Below are positions 28,611 through 39,111 of a DNA stretch of 64,000 bases, piece after piece. The number at the start of each line of letters is the position of its first letter. The stretch's first letter is position 1. The notes beneath the pieces are model-generated. The model was not told the DNA's origin, made no database searches, and was given only the letters and a program-made list of their open reading frames with translations. A program made the translations under genes and the position numbers. This DNA comes from Synechococcales cyanobacterium VAR_4_metabat_354 (GTDB lineage: Bacteria > Cyanobacteriota > Cyanobacteriia > Cyanobacteriales > Chamaesiphonaceae). The DNA lies in assembly GCA_031414775.1 (NCBI GenBank), contig JANOQI010000062.1:128001-192000 (forward strand). The letters run 5' to 3'.

Positions 28611-30146
28611 TCATGAGCAACGATCGCAGGTGCTGGTTTCTTGATCGATCACCTCCACCACTCGATCATAGATCGCTTGCGCTTCTTGCGGCGAATTCCC
28701 AATACTAGTTAGACCAATCTTCCCAAACTCCGACAAACAGCCAATGAGATGAAAAACCGTGCCAGTTTCGGTACTGCTGTCAAAGTGCAACTGATGATGG
28801 GCAATAATATCCATCAGATCGTGGGGCAGTAAACCCCGGTATTGGGGTTTTTGCAACGTATCCGTGGCAATGTAATATTTGCACTGTCCCTGCTGACTAT
28901 AAAACAGACCATCGGCAAAGTTAAACTGGCCATTAGTCAAGAACCGCAAGGTCATGAGCGGATGAGTGGTACCCCCTTTACGTAAATTGATTTCGATCGC
29001 TTGCAAATCCCAGGTACCATCCGGCTGTTTGACCGCCACAAAATCCACCCCAAACCTTTCTAATATCCCCTTAGCTGCTAGGTTATGACCAATTCTCAGC
29101 CCTAACTCCTGCAACTGCAAGCGGTAACTAGCATCTGCCGGAAAGGTGCAACCCAAATAGACCTGACCATCGGGACCGCCTAAGATTTGATCGTGGGTAG
29201 AAATAATTTCCACTTCTCCGGCGGGTGAAATTGTACCTTGAACGCTAGGCGATCGCTTTTCGGTACCTTCAATAAAAGACTCGACAATCGCCCCTAAATC
29301 GCTGATGCGTCTGGAAAAACTTGCCCAAGTTTCAGATGGTGATTGAAAACGCATGATCGGTAAGCTAGCGGCGATGGCTTTGCTCCGCTGGGTAGTATCG
29401 ACAGCAGCGATCGATCCCAAATCTAAAATGGCATTGCCTTCACCAGAAAACCCTTCGTTCAACTTCACTACTAGCCTTTGCAGGTGTGGTTGCTGCTCCC
29501 ACAGTGCCACTGCTGCCTGCACTAAATCTGGGACAGTTTTCATTAACTGACTACCGGCGGGATGCGGCACCTGAGTCTCGGCAAAAATCTGCCGACTGCC
29601 GCTTTTAGTGCCCCACGGCAATAATGCTGGATCTATTGCCCAGAGGGGAATGCCTAGTTCTACAGATAATTCCCGCTCTAAGGGTGTGGAATTGTAGCAA
29701 ATCATGTGGGCTTTCTCGATCCGGATGGCGCTGCGGATTCGATCGATCAAGCGCGGCCTGTCGAGAATTTTTTGGGTGAGGGGCTGATGGGAAGCATCGT
29801 AAGTGGAGAGTAATACCAATCGATCGCGAGCGTGAGAAAAAGGAATACCCGATAACAATTGCAAATAATAGTCAATGATGATCGGCGTAAGTGGTTGAGA
29901 TGTGACGTAAACCAAGCGGGTGCGGGGATTACGCAAGCGAATCAGTGAAAATAGTAGGCGCTCTTCGTAGTGATGGCTACCTAGTACTTTGAGCAGTTCT
30001 GACTGATCGAGGCTGACTGAGGGCACCACCAGAATGTCACAATCACTGCGATCAAACTGATTAATTGTCTGCCATCGATCGAGCAACTGGGATTGCAACT
30101 GCTGAAATTTGTCTAGCATCATAGGGAGATGACGATCCTGCTGCAT
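28611..30146 (-). CDS. PGM1-related ATP-grasp peptide ligase
   Basis: HYEERLLF, GTKSGSR, VKLNEGFSGEGNA, SPSVQ, EINLRKGGTTHP. Confidence 0.8.
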   Translation of the reverse strand: MQQDRHLPMMLDKFQQLQSQLLDRWQTINQFDRSDCDILVVPSVSLDQSELLKVLGSHHYEERLLFSLIRLRNPRTRLVYVTSQPLTPIIIDYYLQLLSGIPFSHARDRLVLLSTYDASHQPLTQKILDRPRLIDRIRSAIRIEKAHMICYNSTPLERELSVELGIPLWAIDPALLPWGTKSGSRQIFAETQVPHPAGSQLMKTVPDLVQAAVALWEQQPHLQRLVVKLNEGFSGEGNAILDLGSIAAVDTTQRSKAIAASLPIMRFQSPSETWASFSRRISDLGAIVESFIEGTEKRSPSVQGTISPAGEVEIISTHDQILGGPDGQVYLGCTFPADASYRLQLQELGLRIGHNLAAKGILERFGVDFVAVKQPDGTWDLQAIEINLRKGGTTHPLMTLRFLTNGQFNFADGLFYSQQGQCKYYIATDTLQKPQYRGLLPHDLMDIIAHHQLHFDSSTETGTVFHLIGCLSEFGKIGLTSIGNSPQEAQAIYDRVVEVIDQETSTCDRCS

Positions 30147-30343
30147 TTCTCTCCACTAAATCTTGCTAGACAATATCTTTGATCCTAGCCTGGGCGGAGC
30201 CATTACGAGCTGAAATAGTAAAGAAGCTTTGCATTTTTTGATGATGCTCCCGGCCAAGGTTATACGGAATAACCCAGTTGAAGAACTGTCACGTCTGAAG
30301 TTCGATCGATCACCATCACCAGTTAGTCTAAAAGACATAAGAA

Positions 30344-31087
30344 TTGCTACAATTTGAGCCTGCTCATCACCGACTAAATATGGCTACTGCAACCTCTAGC
30401 TCTACTCTGACTAATACTGTGAAATCCAGCTTCTCGCCCTTAGTCACTAGTGTGATCTATCCTTTTGGACAGCTGTTTTTACCCAACTATTTTTGGCAGA
30501 TTAAAATTCTCGGTCAAGAACATCTGCCCAGAACCGGCGCAACTATTTTGGCTCCCACCCATCGATCACGCTGGGATTCGATGCTGATTCCCTATATCGC
30601 TGGTCCCTACGCCCTGGGTCGGAATGTGCGGTTTATGACTTCGGCCAATGAAATGCGGGGCTTGCAAGGTTGGTTTGTCAGGCGTTTAGGTGGTTTTCCG
30701 GTAGATACGAATAACCCGAGTTTGAGTAGCTTTCGTTATGCGATCGAGCTAATTAATCAAGGGGAATTGATCACAATTTATCCGGAGGGCGGTATTCGCA
30801 ACGATGGAACTTTGCACCCCCTCAAGAAAGGATTATCTCGGATTGCTTTGCAGGCACAGTCCGGTAATCCCAGTCAGGACATCCAGATTGTGCCGATCAG
30901 TATTCGTTACAGTCAGAAGTTGCCGAAATGGCGGGATAGCGTATCGATCGTCATTAATCCGCCGCTGTCGGTGGCGCAATATGCTCAAAAATCAGTGAAG
31001 GCTGGCTCGGAAGCTCTTCACCAAGCTCTGGCCGATGCTATGCAAGAAGCGATCGATCTAAATAATTTACAAACTTGGGATAGCTAG
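30344..31087 (+). CDS. plsC: lysophospholipid (1-acyl-G3P) acyltransferase
   Basis: PTHRSRWD (HxxxxD), GGFPVD, YPEG. Confidence 0.88.
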   Translation: MLQFEPAHHRLNMATATSSSTLTNTVKSSFSPLVTSVIYPFGQLFLPNYFWQIKILGQEHLPRTGATILAPTHRSRWDSMLIPYIAGPYALGRNVRFMTSANEMRGLQGWFVRRLGGFPVDTNNPSLSSFRYAIELINQGELITIYPEGGIRNDGTLHPLKKGLSRIALQAQSGNPSQDIQIVPISIRYSQKLPKWRDSVSIVINPPLSVAQYAQKSVKAGSEALHQALADAMQEAIDLNNLQTWDS

Positions 31088-31143
31088 ATCTAAAAACAAA
31101 TGCAAGGTGTTAACGATTTAAAATTGATAAAAACCAGACAGGC

Positions 31144-32034
31144 TCAATTTTTGGATAGCCTCAAATTGTATTCATCCACCAACCGATTATTGGCTACTAG
31201 CTTTTGCTCGTGCAACAGCACGTCCCCAAACTCAATTAAACGAGCAATGCTGAAATATGGCGGTGTGAAAGCTGGTCGATCGACAGCACTATTCACTAAT
31301 GACCGAGAAACCTGTTCAATTCCCACCTGCTGAATGTATTGACGCACTTGCTCATCGTACATCCGCGATCGCATGGCACCATAAAAATCGATCGCCTGTT
31401 CGGGGAATCGATCGACTAGATTGGTAATTTCGGCTTGGCTCAAACCGTCGGGGGCAAAAATGCCATGCACAATCCCAATCTTGTCCGCCCGAGTAGGGTG
31501 CCAATAGAACTTCTCCATCCGGCCATCCCGAATTAAGGGTGCATAGAGCGTAGAAAAGTCGTTGCCAGTCACAATAATCGGAATACGCGGCAAGGGCGTG
31601 GCATCATAGCTACCCGGTAGCTGAACGTTGGTAGGGCTGTCGGCAATGTTCATCAAGGTGGCATTCACCAGCTGGGTATTGACGGTGTATTGGGTGCCGC
31701 TGTCAAAGCGGCCAGCCCCAGCATCCAAGTCGTTAATCATGAGCACACACATTTTGCCGCGCACTTTAATGATTTCGGCAGCTTCGCGGTAACGGAGTCG
31801 AATCAATCGGCTGGAATCCCCAGCATCGGGGCTTTCTAACTCGCCTGCGCTGATATGGACGACTTCAATGCCCATCCGTTCGTAGACTAGTTCGCACTGA
31901 AAGGTTTTACCTTCACCTTTGCGGCCATGTACTCCCAAAATCAGCGGTACTTTTACTCCGGGTAGTTCTAGGAAGTTTTTGGTGATGTGGATGGCGAGTC
32001 GATCGAGAAAGCTAGGCGCAATGTAATAGGTCAT
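31144..32034 (-). CDS. rca: Rubisco activase-like AAA+ protein (ALC) without RbcS-like domain
   Basis: GRKGEGKT, LMINDLDAGAGR, QYTVNTQLVNATLMNIAD, TGNDFSTLYAPLIRDGRMEKFYW. Confidence 0.92.
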   Translation of the reverse strand: MTYYIAPSFLDRLAIHITKNFLELPGVKVPLILGVHGRKGEGKTFQCELVYERMGIEVVHISAGELESPDAGDSSRLIRLRYREAAEIIKVRGKMCVLMINDLDAGAGRFDSGTQYTVNTQLVNATLMNIADSPTNVQLPGSYDATPLPRIPIIVTGNDFSTLYAPLIRDGRMEKFYWHPTRADKIGIVHGIFAPDGLSQAEITNLVDRFPEQAIDFYGAMRSRMYDEQVRQYIQQVGIEQVSRSLVNSAVDRPAFTPPYFSIARLIEFGDVLLHEQKLVANNRLVDEYNLRLSKN

Positions 32035-32073
32035 GCTGGGCGGAAATTGCAGAGTATTTCTAGTTTACGGGCA

Positions 32074-33591
32074 TCAGTACTGAGCATTAGCAGTTTGACG
32101 AGCCAAAATTGCCGTTACCAGTCCTGGCAAGGTATATTCGGTGGCTTCGATATCTACTTTGCCAAATAATTCTTGGCAAGTCGCCGAAGTTTGCGGTCCG
32201 ATCGAAGCAATCTTGACTCGATTCAACCAATCAGCTGGCAATTGATCACCGACTAATTGATGAAAGTGTCGCACCGTCTTAGAACTGGCAAAAGTAATAA
32301 TATCGATCCGCTGTTGCTGAAGCGCGATTAAGACTGCTGGATCGATCGATTCTGGGCAAACTGATTCGTAAGCGGCAACTTCATCGACGATTGCTCCTTG
32401 GCCAGTCAAGGCTTGGACAATTTCAGCGCGGCCACCGCTCTCCACCCGAGGAAATAAAATCTTTTGCTGAGCAGGCGATTCTGGAAAACTAGCCACCAAA
32501 GCATCAGCCACAAATTCGGTAGGAATAAAGTCGGGATTCAGACCATGCTGGCGCAGCACTTCCGCTGTTTTACGACCAACTACCGCAATTTTCACCCCAG
32601 CCAACGCTCTCGCATCTAAGCCAGCCGTCATTAACCTGTCGAAGAAATAATTTACGGCATTCGCTGAGGTCAAAATCAACCAATCATAGCTAGCTAATTG
32701 ATCGATCGACTGGTCTAGTGCTTCCCAACTACTCGGTGCCCCAATTTCAATAGTCGGCATTTCCAGCACCCGACCACCTTGAGCTGTCAGCAACTGCCGC
32801 AGTTCTGGAGATTGACTCAAAGACCGGGTAATAAGAATAGTTTGACCTTGCAAGGGCAAAGATGTTCGGCGTTCAGTCTGACTATTAATAAAAGGTCGGA
32901 GCTTAACGACCTCCCCAATCACAATTACTGCTGGTGATAAAGACCGATCGCCAACTGCGGCCACCACCTGGCCTAAATCACTAACTAGTACTTCTTGCTG
33001 TGCCAAACTCGCCCACTTGATAATGGCGATCGGAGTATGGGGTGCTCGACCATGTTGCAACAGACCGCGCACTGTCGTAGCGAGGGTGGCGGTGCCCATT
33101 AAAATCACCAAAGTGGGCAATTGCACTAGAGCGTCCCAGTTTAAATCTTCTGGAGCATGAGCACTGACTACGGCAAAACCATAACTCAGTACTGGATCGG
33201 TGAGGGGAATGCCAGCTAGTAATGGTGCGGATAGTGCCGAAGATAGACCGGGTACTATTTCATATTCACAGCCAGCGGCACTTAAAGCATCAATTTCGCT
33301 GGTCGTGCGACCGAAGATAAAGGGATCGCCGCTTTTGAGCCGCACTATTTTCTGATCGCGCTGCGCCTGTTCTACTAAAACTTTGTTGATTTCCGTCTGG
33401 GTCATACTAGGCTGACCGCCTCGCTTACCGACATACAATCGCTGACAGTTGGCGGGTAAAAATTCCAGTAAAGTTTCGTCTACCAAAGCATCATAAATGA
33501 CTGTATCTGCTGTGGTTAGTAGGGTTTGGGCGCGTAAGGTTAAGTAGGATATGTCACCTGGTCCAGCACCAACGATATAAACTTTGCCCAT
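32074..33591 (-). CDS. cobA: uroporphyrinogen-III C-methyltransferase / synthase fusion (CobA-HemD)
   Basis: VGAGPGD and RLKSGDPFIFGR N-terminal domain; HemD domain with ILITR, LTSANAV, FASSKTV, SIGPQT. Confidence 0.95.
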   Translation of the reverse strand: MGKVYIVGAGPGDISYLTLRAQTLLTTADTVIYDALVDETLLEFLPANCQRLYVGKRGGQPSMTQTEINKVLVEQAQRDQKIVRLKSGDPFIFGRTTSEIDALSAAGCEYEIVPGLSSALSAPLLAGIPLTDPVLSYGFAVVSAHAPEDLNWDALVQLPTLVILMGTATLATTVRGLLQHGRAPHTPIAIIKWASLAQQEVLVSDLGQVVAAVGDRSLSPAVIVIGEVVKLRPFINSQTERRTSLPLQGQTILITRSLSQSPELRQLLTAQGGRVLEMPTIEIGAPSSWEALDQSIDQLASYDWLILTSANAVNYFFDRLMTAGLDARALAGVKIAVVGRKTAEVLRQHGLNPDFIPTEFVADALVASFPESPAQQKILFPRVESGGRAEIVQALTGQGAIVDEVAAYESVCPESIDPAVLIALQQQRIDIITFASSKTVRHFHQLVGDQLPADWLNRVKIASIGPQTSATCQELFGKVDIEATEYTLPGLVTAILARQTANAQY

Positions 33592-33705
33592 AGGATTTTT
33601 CTTATTTATCAGCCTTTTATTATCTGTCGATCTAGGGCTATCTGGGAGATTTGCTTATTGTTGCTTTACTTTAGCCAAAGGATAATAGCCATCCAGATCT
33701 GGTAA

Positions 33706-33939
33706 CTGATCCTCTGGGCAGACCGTCTCGATTGGTTCTTCGGCATCGACATGGGCATCTACTTCCATCCCGACCAACCCCCCATCGTCCCGGATGCCTT
33801 CTTGAGCATCGGTGTCGAAAGATTCTACGACGAAGAACTGCGTCCTAGCTATGTCCTGTGGGAAGAACAAGTAGTTCCCACGTTCGTATTAGAAGTGGTT
33901 TCTACCACTCCTGGCAGAGAACACACTTTAGATGACTGA
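33706..33939 (+). pseudogene. Uma2-family endonuclease internal fragment
   Basis: LILWADRLDWFFGIDMGIYFHPDQPPIVPDAFLSIGVER...SYVLWEE..P.FVLEVVS; no start region or C-terminus. Confidence 0.8.
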
Positions 33940-34019
33940 GATGTTTTGCTAGATGAAGATGACTATAATAAATCTCTGCAACTGAGATTATTCCTAGCCG
34001 TAAGTGTAGACGAAATTTA

Positions 34020-34712
34020 ATGAATGACAACAAATGGTCGCGGCGGCAGATTCTACAGTGGGCAGGAGCTGGTTTACTATTCAACACTGCTGGTACCTTG
34101 CTGTATGATCCGATCGGACGACTGATCATGCCCATCAACAGCAAGTTGGGTGAAGTATTACTTTCGCCTAACCCCGTACCCGAATTCACCGCCGCCCAAA
34201 TTCAACCAGATAAACTAATTATTAATAGCTACAATGGCACCCCGCACATCGACCCCCAGAAGTTTCGTTTGCAAATAATCGGCCAAGTGGAAAGGCCATT
34301 GAGTTTAAGCCTCGCCGATCTTAGGCAATTACCCTTTACATCCACCATCATTCAACAGGTTTGTGTCGAAGGCTGGGCAGCTGTAGTGCAGTGGGGTGGC
34401 GTGCGCCTGTGCGATTTATTACAGATGGCCACCCTCCAAAGTAATGCTAAATATGTCTATTTCAGTTCAGCGGATGGCTACTACGAAAGCTGGGATTTAG
34501 CTTCCGCACTACATCCCCAAACCATGCTGGCCTACGAGAAAAATGGAGCACCTCTGCCACCCGACAATGGTGCCCCGCTGCGGCTATCAGCGCCGATCAA
34601 ACTTGGTTACAAACTTAGCAAATGGGTAACAGAAGTGATTGTGACCGATCGATTACTTCCCAAGCGGGGCTACTGGGAGGATCAAGGCTACGACTGGTTT
34701 GCTGGTATCTAA
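34020..34712 (+). CDS. molybdopterin-dependent oxidoreductase (sulfite oxidase/MsrP-like)
   Basis: Twin-Arg SRRQIL leader, VCVEGW, NGAPLRL, LGYKLSKW, GYWEDQGY. Confidence 0.88.
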   Translation: MNDNKWSRRQILQWAGAGLLFNTAGTLLYDPIGRLIMPINSKLGEVLLSPNPVPEFTAAQIQPDKLIINSYNGTPHIDPQKFRLQIIGQVERPLSLSLADLRQLPFTSTIIQQVCVEGWAAVVQWGGVRLCDLLQMATLQSNAKYVYFSSADGYYESWDLASALHPQTMLAYEKNGAPLPPDNGAPLRLSAPIKLGYKLSKWVTEVIVTDRLLPKRGYWEDQGYDWFAGI

Positions 34713-34966
34713 GCAGCCAACAGATCATCCAGCTTGCCCGTGGACTCTAAGGCGTAGATATCATCACAGCCCCCAATATGCTGATCGTTAATAAAAATCT
34801 GCGGTACCGACCTACGACCATCGCCCCGTAACGCCATCTTCGATCGGGCGGCCTCATCGCCATCAATGCCATATTCTGTAAACTGCACCCCTTTTTTAGT
34901 AAGCAATCCCTTAGCTCGAATACAGAAAGGACAAGAACTCCAAGTATAAATTTCGACGTTTGCCAC
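34709..34966 (-). CDS. grxC: glutaredoxin 3
   Basis: CPFC active site, SVPQIFI, GGCDD. Confidence 0.95.
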   Translation of the reverse strand: MANVEIYTWSSCPFCIRAKGLLTKKGVQFTEYGIDGDEAARSKMALRGDGRRSVPQIFINDQHIGGCDDIYALESTGKLDDLLAA

Positions 34967-35110
34967 GGTTTAAGCTCCACATTGTTCAAAAAGCAGGGCT
35001 TCGCCCCTCTTGATGTAATTGTAGAATCCTCCCCAATTATTGAGCAAGGTTTTGCGATCGACTGGGTACAATAAAACAGAATGTGAACCCTCTATTTACA
35101 ACCTAATCTG

Positions 35111-35992
35111 ATGACCAGCAGCACACTGGATGAACAATTTCAGCTGCAATTTTGGGGCGTGCGGGGCAGTATTGCTTGTCCAGGAGCAGCGACTCTCCGC
35201 TATGGTGGCAACACCCCTTGCCTGGAAGTACGAGTGGGTGGGCAACGCCTAATTTTTGATGCTGGTACTGGTATTCGGCTCTTGGGTCAACAGATTTATA
35301 CTACCGGAAAGGCAACAGGGCATATTTTCTTTAGTCATTCCCATTGGGATCATATTCAGGGATTTCCTTTTTTCGCCCCAGCCTTCCAACCTGGTAATCG
35401 ATTTGATATTTATGGGGGCATGATGCCCGATAGCCCCTTGATCGAACAACGCTTAAACCATCAAATGATGGACCCTAATTTCCCGGTACCGCTGAACATC
35501 ATGGCCGCCGAATTACATTTTCATAATCTCCAAATGAGGGAAGTGGTGCAGCTAGGGGAAGTGCAAGTGGAAATTGGCCAACTGAATCATCCCGGCGGCG
35601 CTTATGGTTATCGGGTGAGTTGGCAAGGTCGATCGATCGCCTATGTCACTGATACCGAGCATCGCCCTGATCAGCTAGATGCTAATGTGCTGAAGCTTGC
35701 CCAGCAAGCTGATATTTTTATCTATGACTGCACTTACACCGATGCCGAATACCATGATCCAGTGAATAGTAAAGTGGGCTGGGGACATTCTACTTGGCAA
35801 GAAGGGGTCAGATTGGCCACTGCCGCTCAAGCCCAAGAATTAGTCATTTTTCATCACGATCCCAGCCATGATGATCAGTTCATGGATCGAGTCGGCCAAG
35901 AAGCTGCTCAACTTTTCCCACGGGTCACTGTGGCTCAGGAAGGAATGGTGTTTGATCTGTTGGCTAATTCTTATGCAGTAGCCAAGATTTAA
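35111..35992 (+). CDS. MBL-fold metallo-hydrolase
   Basis: FWGVRGS, YGGNTPC, SHSHWDHIQG, TDTEH, GHST, FHHDP. Confidence 0.92.
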   Translation: MTSSTLDEQFQLQFWGVRGSIACPGAATLRYGGNTPCLEVRVGGQRLIFDAGTGIRLLGQQIYTTGKATGHIFFSHSHWDHIQGFPFFAPAFQPGNRFDIYGGMMPDSPLIEQRLNHQMMDPNFPVPLNIMAAELHFHNLQMREVVQLGEVQVEIGQLNHPGGAYGYRVSWQGRSIAYVTDTEHRPDQLDANVLKLAQQADIFIYDCTYTDAEYHDPVNSKVGWGHSTWQEGVRLATAAQAQELVIFHHDPSHDDQFMDRVGQEAAQLFPRVTVAQEGMVFDLLANSYAVAKI

Positions 35993-38900
35993 TTTGCCAG
36001 GGTTTTACTGATTGGTTCTGGTCAGCATCGGACAGGGGTGTTTCCAGGAGATCGATCGCCTCCCCCATCTCCAAGGCCAAAGAATTTTGCAGATCGCAAA
36101 TCTCCACTTGCCCAGTGGCTTCGTAACAACGCATCACCACTTGGCCTAGATGATCATGGGCTGGCTGTAAGGCCATCAAAACCAGTTGCTCACTAGCAGC
36201 CCCTAGATCCAAGAAACTATGAGCGCTCGGTGCCAAACCAGTCTGCGCCGAGGCTAGCACTAACTGTAAAGGAGAATTCAACTCCACCCCGCGCCGGACA
36301 ATTTCGGCCTCCGACCAACTACCCCCATGCGGATAAATAACATAGGTAAACTGGTGTTGACCAATATCAGCCTGGGGATCAGGCCAAGTACTGCTACGCA
36401 GCAAAGTCAGACTGAGCTGATCTGGCTGATAGCTATAGCCATACTTGCAATCGTTTAAGAGGCTCACCCCATAATTCAGCTCCGAGCTGGTCAAATCCAC
36501 CCACCGATAAGCCGGGATTTCCCATTTAGCTTGGTCTAGAGGCTGTTCTGGTTGCGTCGGCCTAACCATTACTCCACAGGGCATCTCGCAAGTCACGGTG
36601 GCGGCGCTCCAGCTCAGCGGGAAAGTAGCTTTGACTAACACATGCTCTTCTTGCCAATCTACGCTGGTTTCGATCGACAACCCCGGTGAATGAGCTGCTA
36701 AGACATAATCTTGAGTGAAAGTAGACTTGCCGATCGATCTAACTACCTGCAGCCGTTGTTCGATCGAACTATCGTGAATCCATTCGATCGATTGAAGTTG
36801 CGCTGGCGGCAAAGGATGCTCGGCATAATGGGGGTCGATGTTCCAGGCATCCCAATACTGACCAGCATCGTTAAAAGACTGGAGTTGATTCCCCGGTGCA
36901 GATAAGATAGCGCGTTGCTGGATTTTGTCAAAAATGCTGGCAATATCGCCGGTTTGCGGATCGATCGTCACCTGCACATATTGATTTTCCAAACACCAAT
37001 GGTGGGGATGGGGGGAGGGTTCCGCCATGACAGCGGGCGCTAACCAAACCGACTGATAACCGACACTCGGTAAATCGGTGGCCACAAAAATCAATTCCCC
37101 CTGGCGGTGGACGCTGGGGATCAGCTGTCCCTGGTCATCCCAAACTTGCCAACTAGCATTCATATCGGTCACTGGCCAATGAATAACCGCCGTTCGCGAC
37201 CAACTGAGGCTATTGAAAATCACCAAGGGCACGGCATCCGGATGTGGTGGCTGCGCTAAATCAAGTTGCTGACAAATAGTGGTGATCGATCGATTAATTA
37301 CTTGGGTCGTTAGTTCTTGCACCATCGGCCATTCTTCATTAGCTGTAACATAGACGGCCTGAATGGCGCTACCAGGTAAAATATCGTGGAATTGATTAAA
37401 CAAAGTCAGCTTCCAGGCGCGCTCAATTTCCGGCAACGGCTGACAGTTACCTTGAAGCAATCCAGCGATCGTAGACCAAAGTTCGGCTTGATAAAGTAAA
37501 TCTTCGGCTTGGCGGTTGGCACGTTTTTGATCAGCATGAGTGGTATAGCAGCCCCGATGAAATTCGAGGTACAGTTCATCTTGCCAAATTGGTAACTGAT
37601 CATGCGCTTTATCAGCCAGGTATTGCTCGGCAGTGGTGAATTTTAGTGGTGGACAGCAGGGCGATTGCTGCCAGCGCTCTTGGATCGCCAACATATCGCG
37701 ACTGGGACCACCACCGTGATCGCCCACGCCAAATAGCCACAAAGCATCGGCGACCCCGGTGCTAGCCGTCCACTGGGCAGCATATTCGGCCATTTTGACT
37801 GGTTCGATTCCTTCGCCGATCGGCGAGGACATGTAACTTAAAATCTTGGTACCATCAGGGCTTTGCCACCAAAATAGCTGGTGGGGAAACTGGTTAGTAT
37901 CGTTCCACAAAAATTTCTGGGTCACAAAGTAATCAATCTGTCCCAGTTTCAATAATTGCGGTAATTGTTGACAGAAACCAAAGGTATCTGGCAGCCAAGC
38001 CACTCGATCGATCTTCCCGAATTTTTCTTGGACATAACGCTGGCCATAGATAATTTGGCGGGCGATCGATTCCCCACTAATCAAATTCAAATCTGGCTCA
38101 ATCCACATGCCGCCGACCACTTCCCAGCGCCCGGTCTTGACTTGCGCCTGAATCTGGGCAAAAAGCTGGGGGCGATGCTCTTCGATCCAAGCATACAAAG
38201 CGGGACTGGTATGGCAAAAAGTCAGCTGCGGATACTCGGCCTGCAACGCCAATACCGATTGAAAAGTCCGATCAGCTACCTCCCAAGTTTCCGAGACTTC
38301 CCACAGCCAAGCCATATCCAGATGGGCATGACCTAACAGAGAGATTTGGGTCGCTGGCGGCAATTTAATGTTACCAATCAGCCGCTGGCGCAGATTTTGG
38401 AGCTGCGCTTGGAAACCCGGTACTGAGGTTGCTAAGAGTTGCCAATCGATCGACTGCAATACTTTTTCAACCTCCGGATGATTGGGCAAATAAGCAGCGA
38501 GCACTGCCAATTCATCAGCCATAAATCCCGGCTCCGGCTGGGACAGGTCGTTAGATTCATAGATGGTGATCGACTGCATCAAAGCCCCTGGATCGTGGCC
38601 GGGACTCACTAACCTGATCCGAACATCCCAAGTATTTCCCGGCTGTACAGCTGACCCCAACAATACTCGTACTCGCGCATCAAACAAATCTCCGGCTTGC
38701 ACTAACTGACCATTGACATAAATTTGAACATCGATCGACCACCACACCAGCGACAAGCGCAAGGTCTGAAGCTGGGTCGGATATCCCTGCAACTGACTAG
38801 GCACCGTAATTACTTGGCCCAACCACTGCACTTGTCCGGCTGGCCAAGTCAAATACTGTTTTTCGTTCACCTCCCCGCTCATCCAAGTATTCAGATCGGC

Positions 38901-39032
38901 CTGGAGAGCTTCAGATATATCTAAATCAGCTGGCCAGTAGCGCCAACCACTGATGTTAGGCTGTTGACTCAATCCCCGTAAGCGTTCCAATATTGACTTG
39001 AAAATCGGGTTAAGATGTGCGATATCACTCAT
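35964..39032 (-). CDS. alpha-mannosidase (GH38)
   Basis: GHAHLDMAWLW, WLPDTFG, GDHGGGP, ELYLEFHRG, NQFHDILPGS. Confidence 0.95.
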   Translation of the reverse strand: MSDIAHLNPIFKSILERLRGLSQQPNISGWRYWPADLDISEALQADLNTWMSGEVNEKQYLTWPAGQVQWLGQVITVPSQLQGYPTQLQTLRLSLVWWSIDVQIYVNGQLVQAGDLFDARVRVLLGSAVQPGNTWDVRIRLVSPGHDPGALMQSITIYESNDLSQPEPGFMADELAVLAAYLPNHPEVEKVLQSIDWQLLATSVPGFQAQLQNLRQRLIGNIKLPPATQISLLGHAHLDMAWLWEVSETWEVADRTFQSVLALQAEYPQLTFCHTSPALYAWIEEHRPQLFAQIQAQVKTGRWEVVGGMWIEPDLNLISGESIARQIIYGQRYVQEKFGKIDRVAWLPDTFGFCQQLPQLLKLGQIDYFVTQKFLWNDTNQFPHQLFWWQSPDGTKILSYMSSPIGEGIEPVKMAEYAAQWTASTGVADALWLFGVGDHGGGPSRDMLAIQERWQQSPCCPPLKFTTAEQYLADKAHDQLPIWQDELYLEFHRGCYTTHADQKRANRQAEDLLYQAELWSTIAGLLQGNCQPLPEIERAWKLTLFNQFHDILPGSAIQAVYVTANEEWPMVQELTTQVINRSITTICQQLDLAQPPHPDAVPLVIFNSLSWSRTAVIHWPVTDMNASWQVWDDQGQLIPSVHRQGELIFVATDLPSVGYQSVWLAPAVMAEPSPHPHHWCLENQYVQVTIDPQTGDIASIFDKIQQRAILSAPGNQLQSFNDAGQYWDAWNIDPHYAEHPLPPAQLQSIEWIHDSSIEQRLQVVRSIGKSTFTQDYVLAAHSPGLSIETSVDWQEEHVLVKATFPLSWSAATVTCEMPCGVMVRPTQPEQPLDQAKWEIPAYRWVDLTSSELNYGVSLLNDCKYGYSYQPDQLSLTLLRSSTWPDPQADIGQHQFTYVIYPHGGSWSEAEIVRRGVELNSPLQLVLASAQTGLAPSAHSFLDLGAASEQLVLMALQPAHDHLGQVVMRCYEATGQVEICDLQNSLALEMGEAIDLLETPLSDADQNQSVKPWQIKSWLLHKN

Positions 39033-39111
39033 AAATCTGGGAAATTAAAGAGTCCACTGGCAATTTCGGCAATTATAGTTTTTTTCACTCGCTTACTACC
39101 AACAAAGCATC

